Made by a program: the position numbers and the translations under genes. Of a stretch of DNA of 44,120 bases, positions 35,489 through 44,120 are shown one piece after another; positions within the stretch are counted from its first letter, which is position 1, and each line of letters begins with the position of its first letter. Origin of the DNA: Enterobacteria phage mEp213; sequence record NC_019720.1; one strand, 5' to 3'. The notes under the pieces are model-generated. The model did no database searches, had not been told where the DNA came from, and saw nothing but the letters and a program-made list of their open reading frames with translations.

Positions 35489-36861
35489 GACAGGATATCG
35501 AAGCGAGCGTTATCGGTGGCCTGCTGATTGGTGGATTAACGCCAACCGCCAGTGACGTTCTGGCAACGCTTGAGCCGGAAGCGTTTTCAATTCCGCTCTA
35601 CAGGAAAGCCTTCGAGGTTATCCGCAAGCAGGCGCGAAACAGAAACCTAATCGACGCGCTGATGGTTGCCGAGGCGTGCGGAGAGGAGCATTTCACGTCA
35701 ATCCTGATGACAAGCAAAAACTGCCCGAGTGCCGCAAACCTGAAGGGATATGCCGGAATGGTCGCGGATAACTATCACCGCCGTCTGGTGCTGGAAATCA
35801 TGGATGAAATGCGTGAACCAATTCAGAGCGGAACCATCGACGCATCGAGTCAGGCGATGGATGAACTTGTAAAACGTCTCTCAGCTATCAGAAAGCCCCG
35901 TGACGAGGTTAAACCTGTACGGTTAGGGGAAATCATAACTGACTACACTGACACGCTTGACAGGCGTCTGAGGAACGGAGAAGAGTCAGATACCCTGAAG
36001 ACCGGAATCGAAGAACTTGACGCCATCACCGGAGGGATGAACGCGGAAGACCTGGTGATTATCGCCGCTCGTCCTGGTATGGGGAAAACCGAACTGGCTC
36101 TGAAGATTGCCGAAGGCGTTGCAAGCCGCGTTATTCCTGGTTCTGACGTCCGGCGCGGGGTATTGATTTTCTCAATGGAAATGAGCGCATTGCAGATTGC
36201 AGAGCGAAGTATTGCCAACGCCGGGAGGATGTCGGTTAGCGTGCTGCGAAATCCTGCATCGATGGATGACGAAGGCTGGGCGCGCGTTGCTAACGGCATG
36301 AGTCAGCTTGCAGATTTGGATGTATGGGTAGTCGATGCCTCGCGGTTATCGGTCGAAGAAATACGCTCAATCGCAGAACGGCACAAACAGGAAAATCCAA
36401 ACCTGTCACTCATCATGGCGGATTATCTTGGCCTGATTGAGAAGCCGAAAGCAGATCGCAACGACCTCGCAATTGCTCACATCTCAGGAAGCCTGAAGGC
36501 GATGGCGAAAGACCTGAAAACACCGGTTATCTCCCTGAGTCAGCTTTCACGCGATGTTGAGAAGCGACCAAACAAACGCCCGACAAACGCAGATTTGCGT
36601 GATTCAGGAAGCATTGAACAGGACGCAGACTCAATCATCATGCTCTATCGGGAAGCGGTATATGACGAGAACAGTAGCGCCGCACCATTTGCTGAAATCA
36701 TTGTGACAAAAAACCGTTTTGGCTCGCTTGGTACGGTTTACCAGCGGTTCTGCAACGGACACTTTGTTGCATGTGACCAGGATGAAGCCAGACAGATTTG
36801 CACAGCATCAAATGCACCTGCTGCGCGTGGCAGACGATATGCACAAGGGGCTGACGTATGA
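35485..36861 (+). CDS. Replicative DNA helicase (DnaB family, P22 gene 12-like)
   Basis: 458 aa; Walker A (ARPGMGKTE), DnaB-type motifs. Confidence 0.85.
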   Translation: MRQDIEASVIGGLLIGGLTPTASDVLATLEPEAFSIPLYRKAFEVIRKQARNRNLIDALMVAEACGEEHFTSILMTSKNCPSAANLKGYAGMVADNYHRRLVLEIMDEMREPIQSGTIDASSQAMDELVKRLSAIRKPRDEVKPVRLGEIITDYTDTLDRRLRNGEESDTLKTGIEELDAITGGMNAEDLVIIAARPGMGKTELALKIAEGVASRVIPGSDVRRGVLIFSMEMSALQIAERSIANAGRMSVSVLRNPASMDDEGWARVANGMSQLADLDVWVVDASRLSVEEIRSIAERHKQENPNLSLIMADYLGLIEKPKADRNDLAIAHISGSLKAMAKDLKTPVISLSQLSRDVEKRPNKRPTNADLRDSGSIEQDADSIIMLYREAVYDENSSAAPFAEIIVTKNRFGSLGTVYQRFCNGHFVACDQDEARQICTASNAPAARGRRYAQGADV

Positions 36862-36885
36862 CCATCTACATCACTGAGCTAATAA

Positions 36886-36918
36886 CAGGCCTGCTGGTAA
36901 TCGCAGGCCTTTTTATTT
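36886..36918 (+). terminator. Intrinsic terminator after helicase
   Basis: AGGCCTGC-N7-GCAGGCCT hairpin followed by T5. Confidence 0.55.
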
Positions 36919-36933
36919 GGGGGAGAGTAAATC

Positions 36934-37140
36934 GTGGTTAAGTTTATGCTCGTCGCACTCAAATGCGTTGGCGTTGGATGGATTCTTATGACGTTTTTTA
37001 TTGTTCTGCATAGCTACATTCGTCTTGTGAATGACGGTAAAGACCCATGGTATACGTTGTTTGGCGCTGCATTTGTCTGGGTGATTATCGGTGTTATGCC
37101 TGTTGTCGTAGCAAAAATGGCGTGGCGTTTTGTTAGTTGA
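36934..37140 (+). CDS. Small two-helix membrane protein (start GTG 36934 or ATG 36946)
   Basis: Two hydrophobic segments (WILMTFFIVL, AAFVWVIIGVMPVVV). Confidence 0.45.
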   Translation: MVKFMLVALKCVGVGWILMTFFIVLHSYIRLVNDGKDPWYTLFGAAFVWVIIGVMPVVVAKMAWRFVS

Positions 37141-37157
37141 ATTGAGGGTAAGTATCG

Positions 37158-37529
37158 ATGGACGAATCAAGAAAGCAGTTTGAGGAATACGTTGCCAAAA
37201 AATTGAGATTACCATTCGAGATGATAACCGAGGCAAGAAATGGTGATAGGTACTTCGCATTTTCAAGCATGGATATTCGTCACTCCTTAAATGAGTGGTG
37301 GACTTTATGGCAGGCATCGCGAGCAGCTATTGAACTGGATATCGACTGGCCCGAATCGAATGACGACTTTTGGAAAGATGGTGAAGAAGGTGCTTATGCG
37401 ATGGGGCATGAGGATGGGAAGGACAAAATGGTAATTGCAGTGATGAAAGCTATCAGAGCCGCTGGAATTAAAGAGAAGAATTTCGATGAAGCAAATATAC
37501 ATGCTTCGCAACGAAGCAATCAGAAATAA
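37158..37529 (+). CDS. Hypothetical protein (123 aa)
   Basis: ORF at the lambda ren position, overlapping the ninB start. Confidence 0.45.
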   Translation: MDESRKQFEEYVAKKLRLPFEMITEARNGDRYFAFSSMDIRHSLNEWWTLWQASRAAIELDIDWPESNDDFWKDGEEGAYAMGHEDGKDKMVIAVMKAIRAAGIKEKNFDEANIHASQRSNQK

Positions 37530-37932
37530 CGCCATAGACGCAATACTCTCACTACCCATCGACGACAAGTCACCCCACGAAGTCCACGTTAGAGAACCCA
37601 AACGCAGCAAAGCGCAGAATGACCGTATGTGGCCGATGCTGAACGATGTTTCGCGTCAGGTGCTATGGCATGGTCAACGGCTGGCGCCGGAAGACTGGAA
37701 AGACCTGTTCACTGCCCTGTGGCTTAAGACCAAAAAACTGGAGCAACGAAGTGTGCCTGGTATCGATGGTGGCGTTGTCATGCTTGGCGTGCGTACCAGC
37801 AAAATGCGAAAGGCCAACATGACTGAGCTTATCGAAATCATGTTCTGGTTCGGCTCAGAGCGCAACGTGCGATGGAGTGATGACTCCCGGCGAGAGTATG
37901 AATGGTCACAACGAAAAGGGAAGGCTGCATGA
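37486..37932 (+). CDS. ninB: NinB (Orf) recombination mediator
   Basis: DVSRQV.WHG, VMLGVRTSKMR and WSD motifs as in lambda NinB. Confidence 0.8.
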   Translation: MKQIYMLRNEAIRNNAIDAILSLPIDDKSPHEVHVREPKRSKAQNDRMWPMLNDVSRQVLWHGQRLAPEDWKDLFTALWLKTKKLEQRSVPGIDGGVVMLGVRTSKMRKANMTELIEIMFWFGSERNVRWSDDSRREYEWSQRKGKAA

Positions 37933-38456
37933 CTATCAAATCAAATACGCCAGCACACGACAAGGACTGCTGGCAAACGCCGCTTTGGCTTTTTGATGCA
38001 CTGGATATTGAGTTTGGATTCTGGCTGGATTCGGCAGCGAGCGACAAAAATGCTCTGTGCGCTCACTGGTTAACTGAGGCCGACGACGCGCTAAATTCTG
38101 AGTGGATAAGCCACGGTGCAATCTGGAATAACCCACCGTACAGCAATATCAGGCCGTGGGTGGAAAAAGCCGCTGAGCAGTGCATACAACAGCGACAGAC
38201 GGTAGTGATGCTTGTGCCAGAGGATATGTCTGTCGGATGGTTCAGCAAGGCTCTGGAGAGTGTTGACGAAGTTCGCATCATCACTGATGGACGGATTAAT
38301 TTTATCGAACCATCGACAGGGCTGGAGAAGAAGGGAAACAGCAAAGGCTCCATGCTGCTGATTTGGCGACCGTTCATCAGTCCTAGACGGATGTTTACTA
38401 CCGTATCCAAAGCGGCATTGATGGCGATCGGGCAGGGCGTCAGGAGGGCGGCATGA
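37929..38456 (+). CDS. dam: Phage DNA N6-adenine methyltransferase (Dam-like)
   Basis: NPPYS catalytic motif; ATGA start overlap with ninB. Confidence 0.75.
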   Translation: MTIKSNTPAHDKDCWQTPLWLFDALDIEFGFWLDSAASDKNALCAHWLTEADDALNSEWISHGAIWNNPPYSNIRPWVEKAAEQCIQQRQTVVMLVPEDMSVGWFSKALESVDEVRIITDGRINFIEPSTGLEKKGNSKGSMLLIWRPFISPRRMFTTVSKAALMAIGQGVRRAA

Positions 38457-38635
38457 GGCGACAACGACGAAGTATCACCGACATAATCTGCGAAAACTGC
38501 AAATACCTTCCAACGAAGCGCACCAGAAATAAACGCAAGCCAATCCCAAAAGAATCTGACGTAAAAACCTTCAACTACACGGCTCACCTGTGGGATATCC
38601 GGTGGCTTAGAGAACGTGCGAGGAAAACAAGGTGA
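38453..38635 (+). CDS. ninE: NinE
   Basis: 60 aa, matches lambda NinE from memory ([23 protein letters not shown]...). Confidence 0.85.
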   Translation: MRRQRRSITDIICENCKYLPTKRTRNKRKPIPKESDVKTFNYTAHLWDIRWLRERARKTR

Positions 38636-38802
38636 TTGACCCAAATCGAAGTTACGAACAAGAAAGCGTCGAGCGAGCTTTAACGTGTGCTAACTGCGGT
38701 CAGAAGCTGCATGTGCTGGAAGTTCATGTGTGTGAGCACTGCTGCGCAGAACTGATGAGCGATCCGAATAGCTCAATGTACGAGGAAGAAGACGATGGCT
38801 AA
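38632..38802 (+). CDS. ninF: NinF (GTG start)
   Basis: 56 aa, [44 protein letters not shown] as in lambda NinF; below the ORF-track cutoff. Confidence 0.75.
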   Translation: MIDPNRSYEQESVERALTCANCGQKLHVLEVHVCEHCCAELMSDPNSSMYEEEDDG

Positions 38803-39400
38803 ACCAGCGCGAAGGAAATGCAAAATATGCAAGGAATGGTTTCACCCGGCATTCTCAAATCAGTGGTGGTGCTGCCCGGAACACGGAACTCAGTTAGCAC
38901 TCAAACTACAAAGTAAACAGCGAAAAAAAGCGGAAAAAGCAGCAGAGAAGAAACGACGACGAGAGGAGCAGAAACAGAAAGATAAACTGAAGATTCGAAA
39001 ACTCGCCTTAAAGCCCCGCAGTTACTGGATTAAACAAGCCCAACAAGCCGTAAACGCCTTCATCAGAGAAAGAGACCGCGACTTACCATGTATCTCGTGC
39101 GGAACGCTCACGTCTGCTCAGTGGGATGCCGGACATTACCGGACAACTGCTGCGGCACCTCAACTCCGATTTGATGAACGCAATATTCACAAGCAATGCG
39201 TGGTGTGCAACCAGCACAAAAGCGGAAATCTCGTTCCGTATCGCGTCGAACTGATTAACCGCATAGGGCAGGAAGCAGTAGACGAAATCGAATCAAACCA
39301 TAGCCGCCATCGCTGGACTATCGAAGAGTGCAAGGCGATCAAGGCAGAGTACCAACAGAAACTCAAAGACCTGCGAAATAGCAGAAGTGAGGCCGCATGA
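38795..39400 (+). CDS. ninG: NinG (Rap) recombination endonuclease
   Basis: 201 aa, lambda NinG-like Cys/His motifs. Confidence 0.85.
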   Translation: MAKPARRKCKICKEWFHPAFSNQWWCCPEHGTQLALKLQSKQRKKAEKAAEKKRRREEQKQKDKLKIRKLALKPRSYWIKQAQQAVNAFIRERDRDLPCISCGTLTSAQWDAGHYRTTAAAPQLRFDERNIHKQCVVCNQHKSGNLVPYRVELINRIGQEAVDEIESNHSRHRWTIEECKAIKAEYQQKLKDLRNSRSEAA

Positions 39401-39603
39401 CGTTCTCAGTAAAAACCATTCCAGACATGCTCGTTGAAGCATACGGAAACCAGACAGAAGTAGCACGCAGGCTGAAATGTAGTCGCGGCACGGTCAGAAA
39501 ATACGTTGATGATAAAGACGGGAAAATGCACGCCATCGTCAACGACGTTCTTATGGTTCATCGCGGATGGAGTGAAAGAGATGCGCTATTACGAAAGAAT
39601 TGA
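39397..39603 (+). CDS. ninH: NinH
   Basis: 68 aa, matches lambda NinH from memory. Confidence 0.85.
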   Translation: MTFSVKTIPDMLVEAYGNQTEVARRLKCSRGTVRKYVDDKDGKMHAIVNDVLMVHRGWSERDALLRKN

Positions 39604-40246
39604 TGGCAGCAAATACCGAAATATTTGGGTAGTTGGCGATCTGCACGGATGCTACACGAACCTGATGAAAAAACTGGAGACGATAGGATTCGACACCAAA
39701 AAAGACCTGCTTATCTCGGTTGGCGATTTGGTTGATCGCGGTACAGAGAACGTCGAATGCCTGGAATTAATCACATTCCCCTGGTTCAGAGCTGTACGTG
39801 GAAACCATGAGCAAATGATGATTGATGGCTTATCAGAGCGTGGAAACGTCAATCACTGGCTGCTTAATGGCGGTGGCTGGTTCTTTAATCTCGATTACGA
39901 CAAAGAAATTCTGGCTAAAGCTCTTGCCCATAAAGCAGGTGAACTTCCGTTAATCATCGAACTGGTGAGCAAAGGTAAAAAATATGTCATCTGCCACGCC
40001 GATTATCCTTGTGACGAATACGAGTTTGGAAAGCCAGTTGATCATCAGCAGGTAATCTGGAACCGCGAACGAATCAGCAACTCACAAGACGGGATCGTGA
40101 AAAAAATCAAAGGCGCGGACACGTTTATCTTTGGTCATACGCCAGCAGTGAAACCACTTAAATTTGCCAACCAAATGTATATCGATACCGGCGCAGTGTT
40201 CTGCGGAAACCTCACATTGATTCAGGTACAGGGAGAAGGCGCATGA
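39584..40246 (+). CDS. ninI: Ser/Thr protein phosphatase (lambda NinI/PPase)
   Basis: GDLHG, GDLVDRG, RGNHE metallophosphatase motifs; start trimmed to MRYYERIDG. Confidence 0.9.
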   Translation, partial: RYYERIDGSKYRNIWVVGDLHGCYTNLMKKLETIGFDTKKDLLISVGDLVDRGTENVECLELITFPWFRAVRGNHEQMMIDGLSERGNVNHWLLNGGGWFFNLDYDKEILAKALAHKAGELPLIIELVSKGKKYVICHADYPCDEYEFGKPVDHQQVIWNRERISNSQDGIVKKIKGADTFIFGHTPAVKPLKFANQMYIDTGAVFCGNLTLIQVQGEGA

Positions 40247-40866
40247 GACTCGAAAGCGTAGCTAAATTTCATTCGCCAAAAAGCCCGATGATGAGCGACT
40301 CACCACGGGCCACGGCTTCTGACTCTCTTTCCGGTACTGATGTGATGGCTGCTATGGGGATGGCGCAATCACAAGCCGGATTCGGTATGGCTGCATTTTG
40401 CGGTAAGCACGAACTCAGCCAGAACGACAAACAAAAGGCTATCAACTATCTGATGCAATTTGCACACAAGGTATCGGGGAAATACCGAGGTGTGGCAAAG
40501 CTCGAAGGAAATACTAAGGCAAAGGTACTGCAAGTGCTCGCAACATTCGCTTATGCGGATTATTGCCGTAGTGCCGCGACGCCGGGGGCAAGATGCAGAG
40601 ATTGCCATGGTACAGGCCGTGCGGTTGATATTGCCAAAACAGAGCTGTGGGGGAGAGTTGTCGAGAAAGAGTGCGGAAGATGCAAAGGCGTCGGCTATTC
40701 AAGGATGCCAGCAAGCGCAGCATATCGCGCTGTAACGATGCTAATCCCAAACCTTACTCAACCAACCTGGTCACGCACTGTTAAGCCGCTGTATGACGCT
40801 CTGGTGGTGCAATGCCACAAAGAAGAGTCAATCGCAGACAACATTTTGAATGCGGTCACACGTTAG
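40243..40866 (+). CDS. Q: Late antiterminator Q (lambda-like)
   Basis: 207 aa, matches lambda Q from memory, including the Cys zinc motif. Confidence 0.9.
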   Translation: MRLESVAKFHSPKSPMMSDSPRATASDSLSGTDVMAAMGMAQSQAGFGMAAFCGKHELSQNDKQKAINYLMQFAHKVSGKYRGVAKLEGNTKAKVLQVLATFAYADYCRSAATPGARCRDCHGTGRAVDIAKTELWGRVVEKECGRCKGVGYSRMPASAAYRAVTMLIPNLTQPTWSRTVKPLYDALVVQCHKEESIADNILNAVTR

Positions 40867-40908
40867 CAGCATGATTGCCACGGATGGCAACATATTAACG
40901 GCATGATA

Positions 40909-40937
40909 TTGACTTATTGAATAAAATTGGGTAAATT
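40909..40937 (+). promoter_or_regulatory. Late promoter pR' (-35 TTGACT, 17-bp spacer, -10 TAAATT) with qut region
   Basis: Sequence matches the lambda pR' region from memory up to about 40950. Confidence 0.7.
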
Positions 40938-40972
40938 TGACTCAACGATGGATAAATGCACTAGTTAAATAA

Positions 40973-41002
40973 AGCCCTGAGTTAATAGCTCGGGGCTTTT
41001 TG
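40973..41002 (+). terminator. Extra terminator hairpin in a substituted 6S-RNA region
   Basis: AGCCCTGAG-N7-CTCGGGGCT stem followed by T5, about 35 nt after the expected late start. Confidence 0.5.
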
Positions 41003-41151
41003 CGTTTTAAGCACGGCCTTTCTGAAAGCACATCAAACCAAATACCAGACAGACAAAAATAATCACCTTATCCGCTGTGGCTACGGTGCGGTGTGCTTTG
41101 CTTTGCATAAAAGAAAACTAGCTCAATGTCTGGCTTCGTGAAAGCTGGTGA

Positions 41152-41184
41152 CAGGAGGTTGCGCTAACAACCTCCTGCCGTTTT
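41152..41184 (+). terminator. tR' (lambda-like late terminator)
   Basis: CAGGAGGTTG-CGCTAA-CAACCTCCTG followed by CCGTTTT, as in lambda. Confidence 0.75.
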
Positions 41185-41304
41185 GCCCGTGCATATCGGT
41201 CACGAACAAATCTGATTACTAAACACAGTAGCCTGGATTTGTTCTATCAGTAATCGACCTTATTCCTAATTAAATAGAGCAAATCCCCTTATTGGGGGTA
41301 AGAC

Positions 41305-41628
41305 ATGAAGATGCCAGAAAAACATGACCTGTTAGCCGCCATTCTCGCGGCAAAGGAACAAGGCATCGGGGCAATCCTTGCGTTTGCAATGGCGTACCTT
41401 CGCGGCAGATATAATGGCGGTGCGTTTACAAAAACAGTAATCGACGCAACGATGTGCGCCATTATCGCCTGGTTCATTCGTGACCTTCTCGACTTCGCCG
41501 GACTAAGTAGCAATCTCGCTTATATAACGAGCGTGTTCATCGGCTACATCGGTACTGACTCGATTGGTTCGCTTATCAAACGCTTCGCTGCTAAAAAAGC
41601 CGGAGTAGAAGATGGTGGAAATCAATAA
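41305..41628 (+). CDS. S: Holin S (dual-start MKM motif)
   Basis: 107 aa, three transmembrane segments, lambda S-like. Confidence 0.9.
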   Translation: MKMPEKHDLLAAILAAKEQGIGAILAFAMAYLRGRYNGGAFTKTVIDATMCAIIAWFIRDLLDFAGLSSNLAYITSVFIGYIGTDSIGSLIKRFAAKKAGVEDGGNQ

Positions 41629-42088
41629 TCAACGTAAGGCGTTCCTCGATATGCTGGCGTGGTCAGAGGGAACTGATAACGGACGTCAGAAAACCAGAAA
41701 TCATGGTTATGACGTCATTGTAGGAGGAGAGCTATTCACTGATTACTCCGATCACCCTCGCAAACTTGTCACGCTAAACCCCAAACTCAAATCAACAGCC
41801 GCCGGACGTTACCAGCTTCTTTCCCGTTGGTGGGATGCCTACCGTAAGCAGCTTGGCCTGAAAGACTTCTCTCCGAAAAGCCAGGACGCTGTGGCACTGC
41901 AACAGATTAAAGAGCGTGGCGCTTTACCGATGATTGATCGCGGTGATATCCGTCAGGCAATCGACCGTTGCAGCAATATCTGGGCTTCGTTGCCCGGGGC
42001 TGGTTATGGACAGTTCGAGCATAAGGCTGACAGCCTGATTGCAAAATTCAAAGAAGCAGGCGGAACGGTCAGAGAGATTGAGGTATGA
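41612..42088 (+). CDS. R: Endolysin R (lytic transglycosylase)
   Basis: 158 aa, lambda R-like (catalytic Glu in WSEGTDNG). Confidence 0.9.
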   Translation: MVEINNQRKAFLDMLAWSEGTDNGRQKTRNHGYDVIVGGELFTDYSDHPRKLVTLNPKLKSTAAGRYQLLSRWWDAYRKQLGLKDFSPKSQDAVALQQIKERGALPMIDRGDIRQAIDRCSNIWASLPGAGYGQFEHKADSLIAKFKEAGGTVREIEV

Positions 42089-42522
42089 GCAGAGTAACCG
42101 CGATTATCTCCGCTCTGGTTATCTGCATCATCGTCAGCCTGTCATGGGCGGTTAATCATTACCGTGATAACGCCATTACCTATAAAGAACAGCGCGATAA
42201 GGCCGCATTCATTATCGCTGACATGCAGAAACGTCAACGCAATGTAGCAGAACTCGACGCCAGATATACAAAGGAGCTTGCTGATGCTAACGCGACTATC
42301 GAAAGTCTCCGTGCTGATGTTTCTGCTGGTCGTAAGCGCATGCAAGTCGCCGCCACCTGTGCAAAGTCAACGACCGGAGCCAGCAGCATGGGCGATGGAG
42401 AAAGCCCAAGACTTACAGCAGATGCTGAACTCAATTATTACCGTCTACGAAGTGGAATCGACAGGATAACCGCGCAGGTTAACTACCTGCAGGAGTACAT
42501 CAGGACGCAATGCCTTCGATGA
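42085..42522 (+). CDS. Rz: i-spanin Rz
   Basis: N-terminal transmembrane segment plus coiled coil, lambda Rz-like. Confidence 0.85.
   Translation: MSRVTAIISALVICIIVSLSWAVNHYRDNAITYKEQRDKAAFIIADMQKRQRNVAELDARYTKELADANATIESLRADVSAGRKRMQVAATCAKSTTGASSMGDGESPRLTADAELNYYRLRSGIDRITAQVNYLQEYIRTQCLR
42284..42469 (+). CDS. Rz1: o-spanin Rz1 (lipoprotein embedded in +1 frame of Rz)
   Basis: Signal peptide with VSAC lipobox, Pro-rich mature region; AAGGAG RBS inside Rz. Confidence 0.7.
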   Translation: MLTRLSKVSVLMFLLVVSACKSPPPVQSQRPEPAAWAMEKAQDLQQMLNSIITVYEVESTG

Positions 42523-42815
42523 TAGCGATAATTCTACTCATCATCCTTCACATCTGGCTCTGTAGACAGGGTGGTGATCACTTCTGGAGTGAATCCAGAT
42601 TAAACATCTCATTGCTGATGCTTGAAGTTAAGCATATGGCGCGCGGCAAGGGGCTGCGTTGAGATAAGAGCCAGTTCATTACAAAGCCTATCTACGGGTG
42701 GGCTTGATAATGGATATCCCCGCAAGCGGATAATATGGTTTTTATCCCCTGCGGGGTATAAATAGGACTTGCAAATGCGTGGTTTATCATTTTGAAGCCA
42801 ATGACAGGAGTGGGT

Positions 42816-42974
42816 ATGACACTTGAAGAACGAATTACAGCTTTAGAAAAGGCAGTCACATGCATTGTGAATGAAAAGCAAGAGGACACAACTGCCTTTG
42901 TTGATAAAATTATTCAGGAGATGCGTCAGTCCTCAGTATTTTCGCAGCTTCTAGAAAGGCCTCGTGAAGATTAG
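42816..42974 (+). CDS. Hypothetical small protein (52 aa)
   Basis: AGGAG RBS; 3' end overlaps a convergent gene by 65 nt; TATAAAT box and hairpin upstream. Confidence 0.35.
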   Translation: MTLEERITALEKAVTCIVNEKQEDTTAFVDKIIQEMRQSSVFSQLLERPRED

Positions 42975-43170
42975 GGATGTTTTTAACACGTTCAGGATCA
43001 AGTTTTTCCTGGACAAATTTTGTCAACCCATCATATAAATCTTTGTTCGGGTACAGCTCATTAACTGCTTTAATTAGTGCTCCAAAAGCAAGCTGATTTG
43101 CTATTTTTTGTACGGCTAATTCTTTTTCTAACTGCTCAACCTTTTCTTTTAAACCAAAACCTTCTGACAT
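42910..43170 (-). CDS. Hypothetical helical protein (86 aa)
   Basis: AAGGA RBS 7 nt upstream of ATG; coiled-coil-like sequence. Confidence 0.5.
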   Translation of the reverse strand: MSEGFGLKEKVEQLEKELAVQKIANQLAFGALIKAVNELYPNKDLYDGLTKFVQEKLDPERVKNIPNLHEAFLEAAKILRTDASPE

Positions 43171-43299
43171 TTTTGATTCCTTATTCTGAGGTAATCAGCC
43201 ATTACTCTTTATTAAGTGCGCCAGTGTCCCACCACCGACGGGCTGAATGCCTACATTAACCAGGGTTAAGACGAAACAACACCCTGATATTCAAACAGT

Positions 43300-43323
43300 A
43301 GCCGCCATCACGCGGCTTTTTTA
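43300..43323 (+). terminator. Intrinsic terminator (+ strand)
   Basis: GCCGC-N5-GCGGC hairpin followed by T6. Confidence 0.5.
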
Positions 43324-43435
43324 TGCGCATCGCACGCGCACATCGTAGAAAGTCTTTCAGCTGTGAGCCTGGGCAAACCGTTAACTTTCGGCGGCTTTGC
43401 CGTGCGACAGGCTCACGCCTAAAAGGAAATAAATC

Positions 43436-43903
43436 ATGGGTCATAAAATTATCACGTTGTCCGGCGCGGCGACGGATGTTCTGTATGCGCTGTTTTTCCG
43501 TGGCGCGCTTCAGTCTGGTGATCTGCCAGCCAAATCTGGTGCTGCTGAGCTTCTAGAGCTGGGATTCGCTGAAACACGCCATACCGCGACGGAGTATCAA
43601 AAGGAAAATTATTACACCTTCCTGACCGCTGAAGGGCAGGAGTTCGCCATTAAGCACCTGGTGAATACGCGCTTTGGTGTTCCTGCTGGTGGTTATATTG
43701 GTGGCTCTGTAAATATTCAGTTTGGCCGGATAGAGAACGACCCACGAAAAGGCTATGCCATCAATGTTGGCATCTGTCCCGAAATTAAGACCGGCGTGAA
43801 GCTATCCCCTGAAATGGTAAAAGCGATCTCAGATGTTGTGTCCGAGGAACTGAAGAAGAGTCTTCGGCCAGGTGGCACGATATGGTCAGCGCTGTCGCGA
43901 TGA
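43436..43903 (+). CDS. Hypothetical protein (155 aa) between lysis cassette and cos
   Basis: AAGGA RBS; preceded by a long compound dyad at 43363-43416. Confidence 0.5.
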   Translation: MGHKIITLSGAATDVLYALFFRGALQSGDLPAKSGAAELLELGFAETRHTATEYQKENYYTFLTAEGQEFAIKHLVNTRFGVPAGGYIGGSVNIQFGRIENDPRKGYAINVGICPEIKTGVKLSPEMVKAISDVVSEELKKSLRPGGTIWSALSR

Positions 43904-44003
43904 ATGGACGTTTAGACGTCCAAATTGGTGCGAATCAAGTCGCATTCACGCAAATGATAATCATTATCATTTGCGGGTCCTCCCGGCAGGGTGGCCTGCC
44001 ACG

Positions 44004-44015
44004 GGGCGGCGCGCT
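44004..44015. other. cosN-like cohesive end site (GGGCGGCGCGCT)
   Basis: Flanking sequence ...GGGTCC...CCACG|GGGCGGCGCGCT|CGCGGG parallels the lambda cos junction from memory; palindromes upstream. Confidence 0.55.
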
Positions 44016-44120
44016 CGCGGGAAACGGCTAGTTTTTCGGATCCAGGGTCATCATCATCAAGTGCGCAGGTCTTTGATTTAATTAGAGGCCATTTTCGCAA
44101 GATGTCGAATCGTTCAAAAA

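Noticed and set aside
43872-44100. Overlapping plus/minus ORFs of 69 and 62 aa at the window end
   Set aside because: They cover the cos region, which is dense in palindromes and a cosN-like site; translations are Arg/His-rich and non-protein-like.

Overview
The window reads as a complete or near-complete mosaic lambdoid siphophage genome (about 44.1 kb) laid out in lambda map order, starting at the small terminase gene and ending just past a lambda-like cosN. All calls rest on reading the ORF translations and sequence by eye and on remembered family sequences; no searches were run. Order on the + strand: terminase small and large subunits, gpW-like, portal, a fused ClpP-type prohead protease/major capsid protein, two small head proteins, then a lambda-like tail cluster Z-U-V-G/GT-H-M-L-K-I-J. 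After J come two uncharacterised ORFs sharing a repeated domain, a lipoprotein moron with its own regulatory dyad and terminator, and side tail fibre plus assembly chaperone. An attP-like region carries the 3' 46 nt of a thrW-like tRNA-Thr next to a P22-type integrase and excisionase. A long leftward early operon (- strand) runs from a lambda-like N and nutL through a zinc-ribbon protein, cIII-like, Kil-like, Erf, SSB, two Ea22-like paralogues and many small overlapping ORFs. The immunity region has a non-lambda cI/cro pair with three CAC-N5-GTG operators on each side, followed by lambda-like nutR, cII, O-like initiator with ori iterons, DnaB-type helicase, ninB, a phage Dam methylase, ninE/F/G/H, the lambda phosphatase, Q, pR'/tR', S/R/Rz/Rz1, two convergent small genes and a 155-aa ORF before cos. 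The most unusual features are a 68-bp direct repeat pair, each followed by a hairpin with a covarying stem, bracketing a three-gene cassette and a ~370-bp ORF-free dyad-rich stretch; the repeated-domain ORFs after J; the GATC-rich dyad upstream of the lipoprotein moron; and a perfect in-frame 96-bp tandem duplication inside J.
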